From: Danionella cerebrum
Taxonomy: Eukaryota
Length of the DNA stretch: 64,000 bases
Direction: 5' to 3'
Assembly (NCBI GenBank): GCA_007224835.1
Contig: SRMA01025500.1
Location: 21,870 to 85,869, forward strand
Shown here: positions 39,080-50,641 of the stretch, piece after piece
Layout of the letters: each line of letters starts with the position of its first letter
Numbering within the stretch: the first letter of the stretch is position 1
Notes under the pieces: model-generated
What the model saw: only the letters and a program-made list of their open reading frames with translations
What the model was told of the DNA's origin: nothing
The model's database searches: none
Program-made: the position numbers and the translations under genes

Positions 39080-39675
39080 ATATTTTTACACCGGCACCAT
39101 CGAGAGCGTCCTGACTGGAAACCTCACTTCCTGGTTTGGGGATAGCACCATGCAGGACCGGCGAGCCCTATAGAGGGTGGTGCGTTCAGCTGAGCGTACC
39201 ATCCACACCGAGCTCCCAGACCTGCATGACCTCTATAACAAGCAGTGCAGCACCAGAGCGAGGAAGATTGTGAAGGGCCTCAGCCATCCTAACAATGGAA
39301 TCTTCTCACTGTTGCGTTCAGGAAAGCATTTCTGCTCCTTGAAGGCAAACACAGAGAGAATGAGAAGGAGCTTCTTCCCGCACACCATTCGGACTCTAAA
39401 CAGGGACACACGGGACACACAAAGACTTTCTATCCTCATTACTCATTTGGTTTGCACAACCGTTGACTTGAAACAACACTTTAGTGAGCATCTCTCACAC
39501 ACAAATCATTGTGTTTTTGTATTTTTATTTCATACCTGTTTAATTTTCTTATTATTTACATTTTATTTATTTTCATTTCTATTTTATCTATTTCATCCCT
39601 TACAAGTTAGACAGTCATGCAATATATTTCACTGCACGTCATACTACAAATAAAATCTGAATCTGAATCGGAAAC
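39080..39675 (+). mobile_element. 5'-truncated LINE copy: C-terminal end of ORF2 plus 3' UTR ending in a (TCTGAA)n-like tail
   Basis: Translation gives ...FYTGTIESVLTGNLTSWFGDSTMQDRRAL.RVVRSAERTIHTELPDLHDLYNKQCSTRARKIVKGLSHPNNGIFSLLRSGKHFCSLKANTERMRRSFFPHTIRTLN. I recognise this as a conserved C-terminal block found at fish LINE 3' ends. The sequence ends 'caaataaaatctgaatctgaatcgg'. Confidence 0.6.
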
Positions 39676-40004
39676 CCTTGCTTATTTTATCAACTACTTT
39701 TTTTTAGTTTTCTGTTTAAATCTATGTCCCGAATACTTCTTCTACTTTTATGCTGCCACTCTCAGAACTAAGGCACTGTAGCAGAGAAGCAGCCAAGATC
39801 TGTTTGCAGTGCAAAAACACTCAAACTAAACACAGGAGGAACATGGGAATAGGTGCAAACAAAGACAGAGTTTCTGAGTAAATGGGGAAAAAATTACTGC
39901 AAAGACAGCGAAAGACAAAATGGACAGAACACACGATCAGATGAAGACTATGGAACTAGGTAAACTGTGCAAACAAAGAATAAAATCCTCAATTATGTCT
40001 GGTT

Positions 40005-40073
40005 TGCCCAATGTGCGCTAGAGATCCCTGTGACCCCAAATAGGGAATAATGAAGTTGGAAAATGAATGAATG
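40005..40073 (+). mobile_element. SINE 3' fragment (tail only)
   Basis: 'tgcccaatgtgcgctagagatccctgtgaccccaaatagggaataatgaagttggaaaatgaatgaatg'. Confidence 0.5.
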
Positions 40074-43000
40074 TCTGGTTTGTTGCTGAGCTCGAAAACA
40101 CAAAATAATATTTTCCAGAGAGTAAAAGTGCAAAATCCAAAGTGATCAGCTTAATCTGTGCTTTGGATTTTGATGTCTGTTGGGTGGTTTGAGCTGGAAG
40201 ACCCTGATTCCATCTTTAGTAACCTCATTTTACAATAATCGCCTGACAAGATTAAGGTCTTATAAATCACTCAAGACAACTGTTTTCACTCAAACTGGTT
40301 TGAAAAGTTAGGAGCAATGTTAAACACTATCCAAAAGCCTGTTAACAATGTTAGCATCCGGAACACGGTCCAAAAAGAAACGGTACTGTTGGTAGCTTAA
40401 TTACTGCTTTTCTGCTCACATACAACGATTAATTAATTGAATAGTCATAATATGATCTTATTGTGGTCAAGATCTATTGTTTTATTTGTGAGCACCACTC
40501 GGGAGCATTGACACATGAGCATCCAAGTGTGTGCACGAACCAGGTGAATTTCACCTAGAGTTGGTAACTTTTTGCTGAGACTTTTATATCAATATTAGCA
40601 CAGTTGTATAAAAACACAAAATCATGTGCTCACTTATCAAACATAAACTCAATGCAACAGTAAAATTCTGTAAATATTTTGTTTTTTGTAGTCGTGTTGT
40701 GGTGGTCCCTGATGTTCTGTGTTACGTTTGACGTTTATCATGCCCTCAGATGATGCAAGGGACTGTACAGAGCAGAGAAAAGCAGACATTAAAACTCAGA
40801 GGACACGGTGTGTTTTTGCCAGGTGGCTCAGTAATGACTTTCACTGACTTTCTCTGAGTTTGGCAATTTCACAGCCTTGGATTTATTTGGTAGTGAGTGT
40901 CCTCACTAGAAGTGATTGGATATCTGTCTCTAAACTTTTGGCTCTCCTACTCAGTCACTAATCCCTTTGTCTTTCTGTTCCCTCACTATCTCCAAATGTA
41001 TAATGCACAAAGCAAATGGAATAGACGCAGGACAAAAAGACAGGAGGAGGATGAGGAAGAGGTTGCTTGGGGAGAAATAAGTGCCTGTATAACTCATCCA
41101 TAATGCAGTGTCCTAGTCAACAATCATGTCACTTTGGGAAGAACTGTCCAAATTCTGCTTTGTGTGGTCAAGTGCAAAGCTCCAAAAGCTTTCCAGGCAA
41201 ACAACATGATGATGCCAAAGCGACACTACTGTTGAAAATGGAACATAAGCATAAATAAACAACAGCTATGCTTCCTATTTCTGAATACACTTTCTGTCTA
41301 ATGTATATTTCACAACACAAATGTTCAAGGCCGCCGGGTCTGTTTTTTAAACAGTCAGAGATAAGAAAATGGGTTTGATCAATTGGATGTTCTATAGGGA
41401 TTAGATAAAGGCTTAAAAATTAATTATTAATTGTAGCAAGTTATTTGGTTACAATCATTGGTTAACATAAAGGCATTTTAAAAGAGAACAACCACATGTA
41501 GCCAATATTAAAGCAAATATTTTTAGCCAAATTATTCCCCTTAGCTTTCTCACATCCTTCTGTCTCCTCATGTGATAGTAATCCCGATAGTTTCCCTTTT
41601 TTCTGCCTCAGTTTCTATGTTTTTGTCCATGCATGAGTTACTTAGCCGTATTCTCGTGTATGAGATACACTTCTAGCCGAACTTCTCCAGACAATGGATG
41701 GTTGTTCCTTTGTCCCAACGATTTCCGTCAGTTCTTGGCTATTTTCGAATGGTAATTGGTTTGATGTGTTTAGCATCAATGGCTCAAGTTCTCTTGCTGA
41801 CAACAGGCCCAAATTTTCTATCCAAAGTTTCGTGGGACGACGCACCATGATCGAAAACTACACAGAAAAATCCCAACAGTTAAATCAACTCTACTCAGTG
41901 TATTTGGTCCCACTCTATATAGAGTTTAATCGACTCTGAGAAACAGTTATTTCATTTTTTTACAAATCTGCACAGAAGTTTACAGAGAAACACTATACAG
42001 AGAGGTACCAACTGTTTAGGTATTTTTGATCATCAGCGCATTTGTTATTAGCAAGCCTATAAAACATAATACAAAAACAAAAGGTACACTCATAAAAGAT
42101 GGAATTTTCATTCACAGATTTGGGAAATAAACTCATTTAAATAACTCTTCTTCAGAGTTGGCCTAACTCTATATAGAGTGGGACTAAATACACTATGAGT
42201 GGAGTTCATTTACTATATATAACATCGATCGAGTGGTGTCAACAAAAAAAAAAAAAAGAGTTACCATCGGATTGGTTTTTAGCAAGGAGAACGTCCAATG
42301 AAAACTGGCTCTTTCTGTAACGCTCTTCCCACATTTCATAGCGACTTTGCACAGGAAACCGGAAGGAAATAGCGCACAAAAAATTCTTCTCTTTTCTCCA
42401 GATTTTGACAAACAGCTTCCTGTGATCAGTCACCGCTCGACATCCATGATTTGTTTCGATGTATTCTTTGATTTTTTTTTTCTGTCATTGTATTCTTCTT
42501 TTCTATTTCCCTGTGTGACGCTGAATGCATCTGTGGTACCATAAACGCCATCTTCAGGCAGGGAGCGTCAATATTTCCTCAACCCAATCGAAAGGAACCT
42601 GCTGATAAGCCATCCAAGGATTCGTGCAACTCAACGATGCCCGTTTCTTTGTGCTTCTTCAAAAGAGCTTGAGCTCGAAATTCTTGACTTGGAGAGACCT
42701 TGTTGATACGGTGCTCAAAAGAACATTTCTTAACCTCTCCTGGACTATTCCTTGCTAAGTTCCTCATCCAAGAGCCTTAATCAGCCATTTAAGCCATGAC
42801 TGTATGCGTGTGTTGCTTATCACTATTTTATTTATTTTAGAAGCAAAATTTAAAGAGAAAACATCATGCATTTAAGTAATCCCAGAGACTTTATGGTTGA
42901 AAATGAGTTTATTGGGAACCAGTGTGTGGTCGTGCACCATTGATTGGACTAAACCATCTGTTGTTTCAGCAGGGTGCTATCGAAATGGTTGAACCTGTAA

Positions 43001-43116
43001 AAGGAGGGTTGGACACATTAGAATGATTTCAGCTTGTGTATACTTGTGTATTTGGTATAAAAGTTATTTATTTGAATGTTTATTTACTTTATTTGAGTTG
43101 ATGGCTTTAGTTATAC

Positions 43117-43736
43117 AGTGGTACCCCAAGATATGAAATTAATCTGTTCCAGGGTGGCTTTCGTATGTCGAACATTTCGTATCTCTAAGCAAGTTTTACA
43201 TGTAAAACGCCTATTCCGTGCAACGGCTCTCAGAAACAACACTATAAGTTGATAATAAAAAATGGAGAACTAGAGAAAAATCAAGTAACGTTTCATCAAT
43301 CCTTAAATCTACACATTGTTAATGTAATAAATGATAATAAAACAGAATAAAACACATGCAAAATACGTAATATATACACAAATGTGAAACCTTACCTTGC
43401 GAGTGAAGTGATGTGTTGGAGGAGGTGGAATGGGTGGCAGAAAACATTATGGCACCACGTATGAAAGTTAACTTTCTCAAGATATTTAAGATAAAATATA
43501 AAGTCAAGATAAAGGCGTATCAACCCCTTTTAGCACTGTGTGAATGGGAGAATGGAGCGCCAGGACCCGGGAGCGCAGGGCGACGTCAGACTTAACATTC
43601 GGATAATAGAGCAGAACTGTTGGTGTTTTTCGTATCTTGGAATTTTTTTCATATCTCGAAGCAAAATATTTCCTGCGAGACCTTTCGTATCTCGAACATT
43701 TCGTAACTTGAAGTTCTCATATCTCGAGGTACCACT
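43117..43736. mobile_element. Tc1/mariner-like MITE with about 22-bp TIR AGTGGTACCYCRAGATATGARA and palindromic subterminal repeats
   Basis: Left 'taCAGTGGTACCCCAAGATATGAAATT'. Right '...TTCTCATATCTCGAGGTACCACTa'. Repeated 'cgaacatttcgtatctc(g/t)aa' blocks inside both ends. The left flank is TA and the right flank is degenerate. Confidence 0.45.
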
Positions 43737-44303
43737 ACATGTACTACATGTGTTCCTTGCTACATGTGCTGTCCTTTAAAAGAGAGCAAGCTCAATCGAG
43801 AGGCAGGCTGGAGGACACATGTGAGCTCATGCTCGACTGTGGAGGTGAATCGAATGGTACTTATGCTGCCAAGGAGAGCACCAGCTCTGACCAAAGCTTT
43901 GATTGAGTTTATCCCACTAAACTCATCTTTAACAACAACAGCTTAGTAAGCTTTAGCTGTACCCAGTATAGCAGCAAGATTTTTGCTGTTGAACATTTGT
44001 TCTTTTCTGTTTTGTAAATTCAGTGTGTCACTTTGTAAAGCTATTTTGTTGGTTTCATTATGGTTTTGTTCACTGGTGGCACAATAAACACATTGAAACT
44101 TGAAACTTACCTCGTCTTTGGGCTCAATCCAGTCCTATGACCCTTGGTTCCCACATTCTACGACAGCGTGTCACATCAATGATTGGTATGACTGGTTGAT
44201 CAGCTGACTACAATCCTACAAAATCCCCGGCTTAGTGCAAGGATTGATGCTTGCTTCAAATTGAAAGGTAGAAACAACAAACACTTGTTATTTATATTTC
44301 TGA

Positions 44304-45042
44304 TAGGGGTGTAACGGTACGCTAAAATTGTATTCGGTTCGGTACAGTGTCTTGGAGAGTTCGGTTCGGTTCATTCGGTTCTGTACAAAACAATAACAAC
44401 TTACATAATCTTTATTTTGAAAAGCTGTCAATACACAGTAGAATTCATGCATAAAATAAATAAAAGTGACACATTTGGGTGATATTTTAAATGAATTGCA
44501 CTCTTTATTAAGAAAAACACATTTTTTTAAATAAAAAATGAAATACTGCAACTAGTTAGGATAGATAGGATGGATTAACCTACCCACATTTTCTGAAGAG
44601 AGCACAGATCTGGTTGCAGTGACAATATCTCCAGCAGTAGAAAATGTTAGATGTGTTGCCTGCCTGATCTCCGTGGAACAATGTCGGCATACAACTTTAA
44701 ATGTATCCACTCGTCTATCCCCCGTTATGTATTTTAACAGAGAAGCGAAAGTGTTCTCAAACAGGAGACTGTAGTGAGGTGGGAGGGTCTTCAAGCTCTG
44801 GCTTCTCTTTCGCTGTGTCCATTTCTCACAGCTACTTCGTGCAGCTCTACTGTGCGTCACTCAATAGCGTCCGTGCGGAAACTTGCCTAGGAACATTGTT
44901 CCGCTGCGCTTAATGTCGCGCTAATAATACATTTATATCATTTAATAAAAATACAGAATACCGAAACGGTACGCAAGTGTACCGAACCGAAGAGGCCGTA
45001 CCGAAACGGTTCAATACATCCCCGTGAACCGTTACACCCTTA
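44304..45042. mobile_element. hAT-type non-autonomous element (MITE) with 8-bp TSD
   Basis: TIR TAGGGGTGTAACGGTAC / GAACCGTTACACCCTTA. Flanking direct repeats atttctga (44296-44303) and atttctca (45043-45050), a 7/8 match. The 8-bp duplication is diagnostic of hAT. Subterminal cggttcggtac / ccgaaccgaa repeats are present. Confidence 0.7.
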
Positions 45043-46666
45043 ATTTCTCAATGTATTCTTATCTTACAGGATTTGTTTCACACCTGCCCAAAACATTTGC
45101 ACAGTACTGTGCATTAGTTTTGGACATGAGTGTTGTCAGAGCCTGTGAATCAGGTTTCTGTATTTCAGAAGTAGCCTGTTGACGGAGGGCGTCTTTAATA
45201 AGTAAAGGGCTCATTCTCTCCCTCACCATTGGATCTTTGACCGCGTCATCCAACCTTCTTCCTGTTTGTTTTGTAGCAGATTATTTTCTCTTTCCATCAA
45301 TGATGGGATTTATGGCTCTTTGGATGGAGCCGGACCTTTTGGATCCGTCCACTTTAAAGAGCCGTTCAAAAAACTGGCTCAATTTGCTCCTTCAATTTTT
45401 GACTTTTAAGAAACCAGCATGGGGTACATTTTTTTATTCTGGAAATAATCACAGGAATTATAAGCTGAGATTCTGTACCAATTTTTGAGTTTGAAATATT
45501 TGACTATTGCTTTATTTGACACATACTTATCCTTTGTATTAAATGTATGTGTGTAAAACTTTGACTTGTTATTTAATGAAACACCTAATTACTCATAAAG
45601 AACAAAGACGGCTTCAATAAAGTTTCACGCCAAAACCTTAAAGCAAAATTTCCACATAAGTACATTTTTAACAATACTGAAAAACTAATTAACAATATTT
45701 TAAAATTATATAAACCCAATAACAAAATAAGTAAAAAAAATACATACTACTATTTCCAAAATGATAAAACAGTTCCAGTCTTTATGGTGTCTCTCTTTTT
45801 TTTCTTTCTGCAAATTCGAATTGAGAAACACAAGTGCTCTCACTTTGGAATGTTTGAGGCGATTTCTCCTCTTTGTGAGTATTTTTCCAGTTTTGGAGAA
45901 AATTGTTCCACAACACAAAGCATTTAGCCACTAGTTGACTAAGCCTTGGATACACAGGTACCCGACTTTCCCACCACTTCAAAGGGTCTTTATTCTTAGG
46001 AACAAGTGGCTCCTCCATGACAGCGTCTGCTGTGGGGTTGCCAAGGTTCCAGCTTCCTGGTCATAGAGGTATACATCTACACATTTATCCCTCCTCCCCC
46101 CAGAGGAGAACAGCTCCCAATCAAACGCGACTTGGCTCCGATCGTTCATATTAATGAGACGTTCAAAAGATTCGATTCGTTTGTGAACGTCCCAACACTA
46201 CTTTCCATCTTGGAGACTGCAACCCTAGAAAGTTTTCCCTCAGAATCTCTTACCAACAGAACAATCGTCCCATCAACGTAACCAGCAGAGGAATGGTTTT
46301 TCCATCAAAAACAATTGATGGGTCTTTGAAGCCATGCGTGGAATGAATGAGTTCACCTTAAATAACAGTGTTTTACATGAGAAACACCTACCGTAATCAT
46401 TTATAGATTTCCATGTAATGGAGGCAAGTGGAAAGCTTACAAAGTGCACATCCAGATGCATATCCTCCCTTCCTAAATAAAAAAAACATTGAATCATCTT
46501 GAGAGAAATGGTAATCTGAGGTTCTTCTCATATGTAAACGTAAGGCTGTTTTTCAGAGGAAATGTATTAGATGATCAGAGATGAGAGGGTGGGCTGTACT
46601 TGTCACCTCTGAGATGTAATAGAGCAAACATCTTTTGAGTCATTAGGCTTAAGTAGTCATTGCTGA

Positions 46667-46711
46667 CTGTGTGTGATGTGTGTGTGTGTGCGTGTGTGTG
46701 TGTGTGTGTGT
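46667..46711. repeat. (TG)n microsatellite
   Basis: tgtgtgtgatgtgtgtgtgtgtgcgtgtgtgtgtgtgtgtgtg. Confidence 0.9.
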
Positions 46712-47379
46712 CTGGCAGGTAAGCGCACTTTCCTCACCCTGTGGAATCAGTCTCCATGACGGCAGCTCAGGCTGAAAGAGGCACCAGGGAGGAGAGATGC
46801 TGTCACTCACTCCTTCTCCAGCACTAACCATCCACTCCAGCTTTGCGAGTCCAACGCCTTGTTCTTTAATTCATCAACTACAACATTTAATCTTTGGTTT
46901 GGTACATTTATGCATTTGGTACTTTATGCAGAACGTTTCACAGCAGTGGATCCTTGGATTAGTTTGTCTTTTAATGCATTTTATGTTCTCAAAAATTATT
47001 CCCAAGCCTGAAAACCCAGGTGAATTTGGTGGATGGAGTGTCCTAGGAGCCAAAGCAAGCTACCCCCATGCAAGTATGGCTGTGGCGATAGGGTGAAGAG
47101 CATGCTTAAATATAAATATATGCTGCTAACAAGACAAGAGTTGCTGCCGCTGCACTTGATTCACTTCCGAAATGAGTTCGAAACTTCAGTTAATTGTTTT
47201 TTTTTTTTACTTGACCGCGTTTTAATAATAAAATTCCCAGTTCGAAATAAAACCCCCTTGCATTGCACATGTAAACTAAGGGGGGGAGGGGAGACAATAT
47301 GCTGTTACATACAAAAACAAATACAAAATTGTCACATTAGGAATTCATCTTTTTTGGTTATTGCAACTCCATCTTCACA

Positions 47380-47513
47380 TGTTTAAGTAAACATCTCTTG
47401 AGCGACGTCAGGTTGTCCAGAACGCTGCTGCAAGGCTTTTAACCAAATCTTCCAGGTATTCATGTCACCCTGAAATTAATCCAGCTGCATTGGCTCCCCA
47501 TCCATCTCCGAGT
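47380..47513 (+). repeat. 5' part of an older interspersed repeat, split by the LINE insertion
   Basis: '..catctcttgagcgacgtcaggttgtccagaacgctgctgcaaggcttttaacc...ccagctgcattggctcccca' ends in the left copy of the 17-bp TSD. It continues at 50642 once the LINE is removed. Confidence 0.5.
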
Positions 47514-50500
47514 CTTCTTCTTCTACTTTCGGCTGTTCCCAGTTTAGGGGTCGCCACAGCGAATCATCCTTTTCCACCTAACTCTGTCTTCAGTATCCTC
47601 TACTCTTGCACCAACCATGTCCTCTTTCAGCACATCCATATATCTCGTCTTTGGCCTTCCTCTTGACCTCTTTCCTGGTAGCTCCATCTCCAACATCCTT
47701 CTACCAATATAACCACTATCCCTCCTCTGCACATGTCCAAACCATCTCAACCTGGCCTCTCTGACTTTGTCTCCAAAACAACCAACCTGAGCTGTCCCTC
47801 TGATGTGCTCGTTCCTAATCTTGTCCATCCTAGTCACTCCTAAACTGAACCTCAACATCCTCATCTCTGCTACTTCCAGCTCTGCCTCTTGTCTCTTCCT
47901 CACTGCCACAGTCTCCAACCCATACATCATAGCTGGTCTCACTACTGTTCTGTACACCTTTCCTTTGATTCTTGCTGACACTCTTCTGTCACACAACACC
48001 CCTGACACTTTTCTCCACCCACTCCAACCTGCCTGCACTCGTCTCTTCACCTCTTTTCCACACTCCCCGTCACACTGGACTGTTGACCCCAAATACCTAA
48101 ACTCCTGCACCTTCTTGACCTCATCCCCCTGTAACCTCACTGTTCTATTTCCCTCCCTCTCGTTCAAACACATGTATTCTGTCTTGCTGCGACTGACTTT
48201 CATTCCTCTTCTTTCTAGAGCTGACCTCCAACTTTCCAGGTTTTCCTCCACCTGCTCTCTGCTCTCACTACAAATTACAATGTCATCTGCAAACATCATT
48301 GTCCACGGCGATTCCTGCCTGACCTCATCTGTCAACCTGTCCATCACCATAGCAAATAAGAAGGGACTCAAAGCTGATCCTTGATGTAGCCCCACCTCCA
48401 CCTTGAACTCCTTTGTCTGACCTACAGCACATCTCACTGCTGTCTTACTTCTCTCATACATATCCTGAACTACTCTGACGTACTTCTCTGCCACTCCTGA
48501 CCTCCTCATACAGGACCATAGCTCTTCTCTTGGCACCCTGTCATACGCTTTTTCTAAATCCACAAAGACGCAGTGAAGCTCTTTCTGACCATCTCTGTAC
48601 TTCTCCATTAACAATCTCAGAGCAAAAATTGCATCAGTAGTGCTCTTCCTGGGCATGAAGCCATACTGCTGTTCACAAATATCCACTTCCCTTCTTAGCC
48701 TAGCTTCCACTACTCTTTCCCAAAGTTTCATTGTGTGGCTCATCAACTTTATGCCTCTGTAGTTGTTACAACTCTGCACATCACCCTTGTTCTTAAAGAT
48801 TGGTACTAGGACACTTCTCCTCCATTCCTCAGGCATCTTCTCACTCTCTAAAATCCTGTTGAATAACCTAGAAAGGAACTCCACTGCTGTCTCTCCTAGA
48901 CACTTCCACACCTCCACTGGTATGTCATCTGGACCAACAGCCTTTCCACTCTTCATTCTCCCCAGAGCCTTCCTCACCTCATCCTTTCTAATCTTTTCAA
49001 CTTCCTGCTCTACAGTATTCACCTCTTCCTCCCTTCTTTCCCTTTCATTCTCCTCATTCATCAACTCCTCAAAATACTCCTTCCATCTTCTCAGCACACT
49101 CTCCTCACTTGTTAGCACCTTTCCATCTCTATCTTTAATCACCCTTATCTGTTGCACATCCTTCCCATCTCTGTCTCTCTGTCTGGCTAATCTATACAAT
49201 TCCTTCTCGCCTTCCCTCGTGTCTAACCTGGCATACAACTCATCATATGCTTTCTGTTTGGCCTTTGCCACCTCCCTCTTCACTCTGCGCTGCGATTCCT
49301 TGTAGTCCTGTCTACTTTCTTCAGTCCTTTCAATGTCCCACTTCTTTTTAGCTAGCCTCTTCCTCTGGATGATGTCCTGTACTTCCTCATTCCACCACCA
49401 TGTTTCTTTATCTTCTTTCCTCCTTCCAGCTGACACACCTAGCACCTTTCTTCCTGTCTCCCTGATCAATTCTGCTGTAGTTTCCCAGTCATCTGGAAGC
49501 TCTTCCTGACCACCCAAAGCCTGTCTCAGCTTCTGTCTGAATTCTTCACAATCTTCTTCCTTTTTCAACTTCCACCACTTGGTCTTCTTTTCAATCTTTC
49601 GTCTTCTCTTCTTCCTGACCACCAGAAACATCCTACACATCACCATCCGATGCTGTCTGGCTACACTCTCCCCTACCACTACTTTACAGTCTCTGATCTC
49701 TCTCAGATTGGCTCGTCTACAAAGGATGTAGTCTACCTGCGTACTCCTCCCTCCACTCTTGTAGGTAACTCTATGTTCCTCCCTCTTCTGGAAATAAGTA
49801 TTAACTACAGCCATTTCCATCCTCTTGGCAAAGTCCACCACCATCTGTCCTTCTAGGTTCCTTTCCTTAACACCGTACCTGCCCATCACCTCCTCATCAC
49901 CTCTGTTGCCCTCGCCAACATGCCCGTTGAAATCTGCTCCCACTACTACTCTCTCCCCTCTGGGAACACTCTCAATCACCTCATCCAGCTCACTCCAAAA
50001 TCTCTCCTTCTCTTCCAACTTACAGCCTACTTGTGGAGCATAACCACTCACTACATTCAACATCACCCCTTCAGTTTCTAACTTCAAACTGATCACCCTG
50101 TCTGACACTCTTTTCACCTCTAAAACATTCCTCACAAACTCCTCCTTCAGGATCACTCCTACCCCATTTCTCTTCCTATCCACACCATAGTAAAACAGTT
50201 TGTATCCCCCTCCAATACTACGCCCTTTGCTACCCTTCCACCTGGTCTCCTGCACACACAGAATATCTACCTTTCTTCTCTCCATCATGTCCGCCAGCTC
50301 CCTACCCTTCCCTGTCATTGTACCAACGTTAAGAGTCCCTATTCTCAGATCTACACTCCTGCCTTTCCTGTTCTCTTTCTGTCGACGAATCCTTCTCCCT
50401 CCTCTCCTTCTTCGACAAACAGTAGTCCAATTTCCAGCGGCACCCTGTAAGTCAACAGCACCGGAGGCGGTCGTTGTTAACCCGGGCCTCGACCGATCCG

Positions 50501-50641
50501 GTATGAAAATCGATTTGGTGACTCGCATATTTGGTTTTGGCATATTTTACGCCGGATGCCCTTCCTGACGCAACCCTCTCTATTTATCCGGGCTTGGGAC
50601 CGGCACAGAAGTCACTGGCTTGCAACCCCTGAGGCTAGATT
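47514..50641 (-). mobile_element. Full-length non-LTR retrotransposon (single-ORF APE+RT, RTE-clade-like), about 3.13 kb, with 17-bp TSD
   Basis: Single 999-aa ORF with a 98-nt 5' UTR and a 30-nt 3' UTR ending in a (GAA)n tail ('..gtagaagaagaag'). Direct repeats cccatccatctccgagt (47497-47513) and cccatccacctccgagt (50642-50658). Removing the element rejoins one continuous repeat sequence. Confidence 0.85.
47544..50543 (-). CDS. LINE polyprotein: N-terminal AP endonuclease (EEP fold) + reverse transcriptase, 999 aa, no internal stops
   Basis: Endonuclease motifs: LNVGTMTGKGRELADMMERRKVDILCVQETRW, VVGADFNGHVG, TQVDYILCRR. RT motifs: PIFKNKGD, YGFMPRKSTTDAIF, HCVFVDLEKAYDRV, GLHQGSALSPFLFAMVMD, MMFADDIVI (FADD box). 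ATG at 50543-50541, stop TAA at 47546-47544. Confidence 0.85.
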   Translation of the reverse strand: MPKPNMRVTKSIFIPDRSRPGLTTTASGAVDLQGAAGNWTTVCRRRRGGRRIRRQKENRKGRSVDLRIGTLNVGTMTGKGRELADMMERRKVDILCVQETRWKGSKGRSIGGGYKLFYYGVDRKRNGVGVILKEEFVRNVLEVKRVSDRVISLKLETEGVMLNVVSGYAPQVGCKLEEKERFWSELDEVIESVPRGERVVVGADFNGHVGEGNRGDEEVMGRYGVKERNLEGQMVVDFAKRMEMAVVNTYFQKREEHRVTYKSGGRSTQVDYILCRRANLREIRDCKVVVGESVARQHRMVMCRMFLVVRKKRRRKIEKKTKWWKLKKEEDCEEFRQKLRQALGGQEELPDDWETTAELIRETGRKVLGVSAGRRKEDKETWWWNEEVQDIIQRKRLAKKKWDIERTEESRQDYKESQRRVKREVAKAKQKAYDELYARLDTREGEKELYRLARQRDRDGKDVQQIRVIKDRDGKVLTSEESVLRRWKEYFEELMNEENERERREEEVNTVEQEVEKIRKDEVRKALGRMKSGKAVGPDDIPVEVWKCLGETAVEFLSRLFNRILESEKMPEEWRRSVLVPIFKNKGDVQSCNNYRGIKLMSHTMKLWERVVEARLRREVDICEQQYGFMPRKSTTDAIFALRLLMEKYRDGQKELHCVFVDLEKAYDRVPREELWSCMRRSGVAEKYVRVVQDMYERSKTAVRCAVGQTKEFKVEVGLHQGSALSPFLFAMVMDRLTDEVRQESPWTMMFADDIVICSESREQVEENLESWRSALERRGMKVSRSKTEYMCLNEREGNRTVRLQGDEVKKVQEFRYLGSTVQCDGECGKEVKRRVQAGWSGWRKVSGVLCDRRVSARIKGKVYRTVVRPAMMYGLETVAVRKRQEAELEVAEMRMLRFSLGVTRMDKIRNEHIRGTAQVGCFGDKVREARLRWFGHVQRRDSGYIGRRMLEMELPGKRSRGRPKTRYMDVLKEDMVGARVEDTEDRVRWKRMIRCGDP

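Noticed and set aside
39177-39653. 158-aa plus-strand ORF
   Set aside because: The N-terminal two-thirds is the conserved C-terminal end of a LINE ORF2 in a 5'-truncated copy. The remainder reads through the AT-rich 3' UTR (FLF repeats). It is not a host gene.
47803-49305. Plus-strand ORFs of 193 and 180 aa (47803-48384, 48763-49305) and others opposite the LINE ORF
   Set aside because: They are antisense to a well-supported 999-aa retrotransposon ORF. They are Ser/Leu/Thr-rich with low complexity, which is typical of antisense reading of a Glu/Arg/Lys-rich RT gene.
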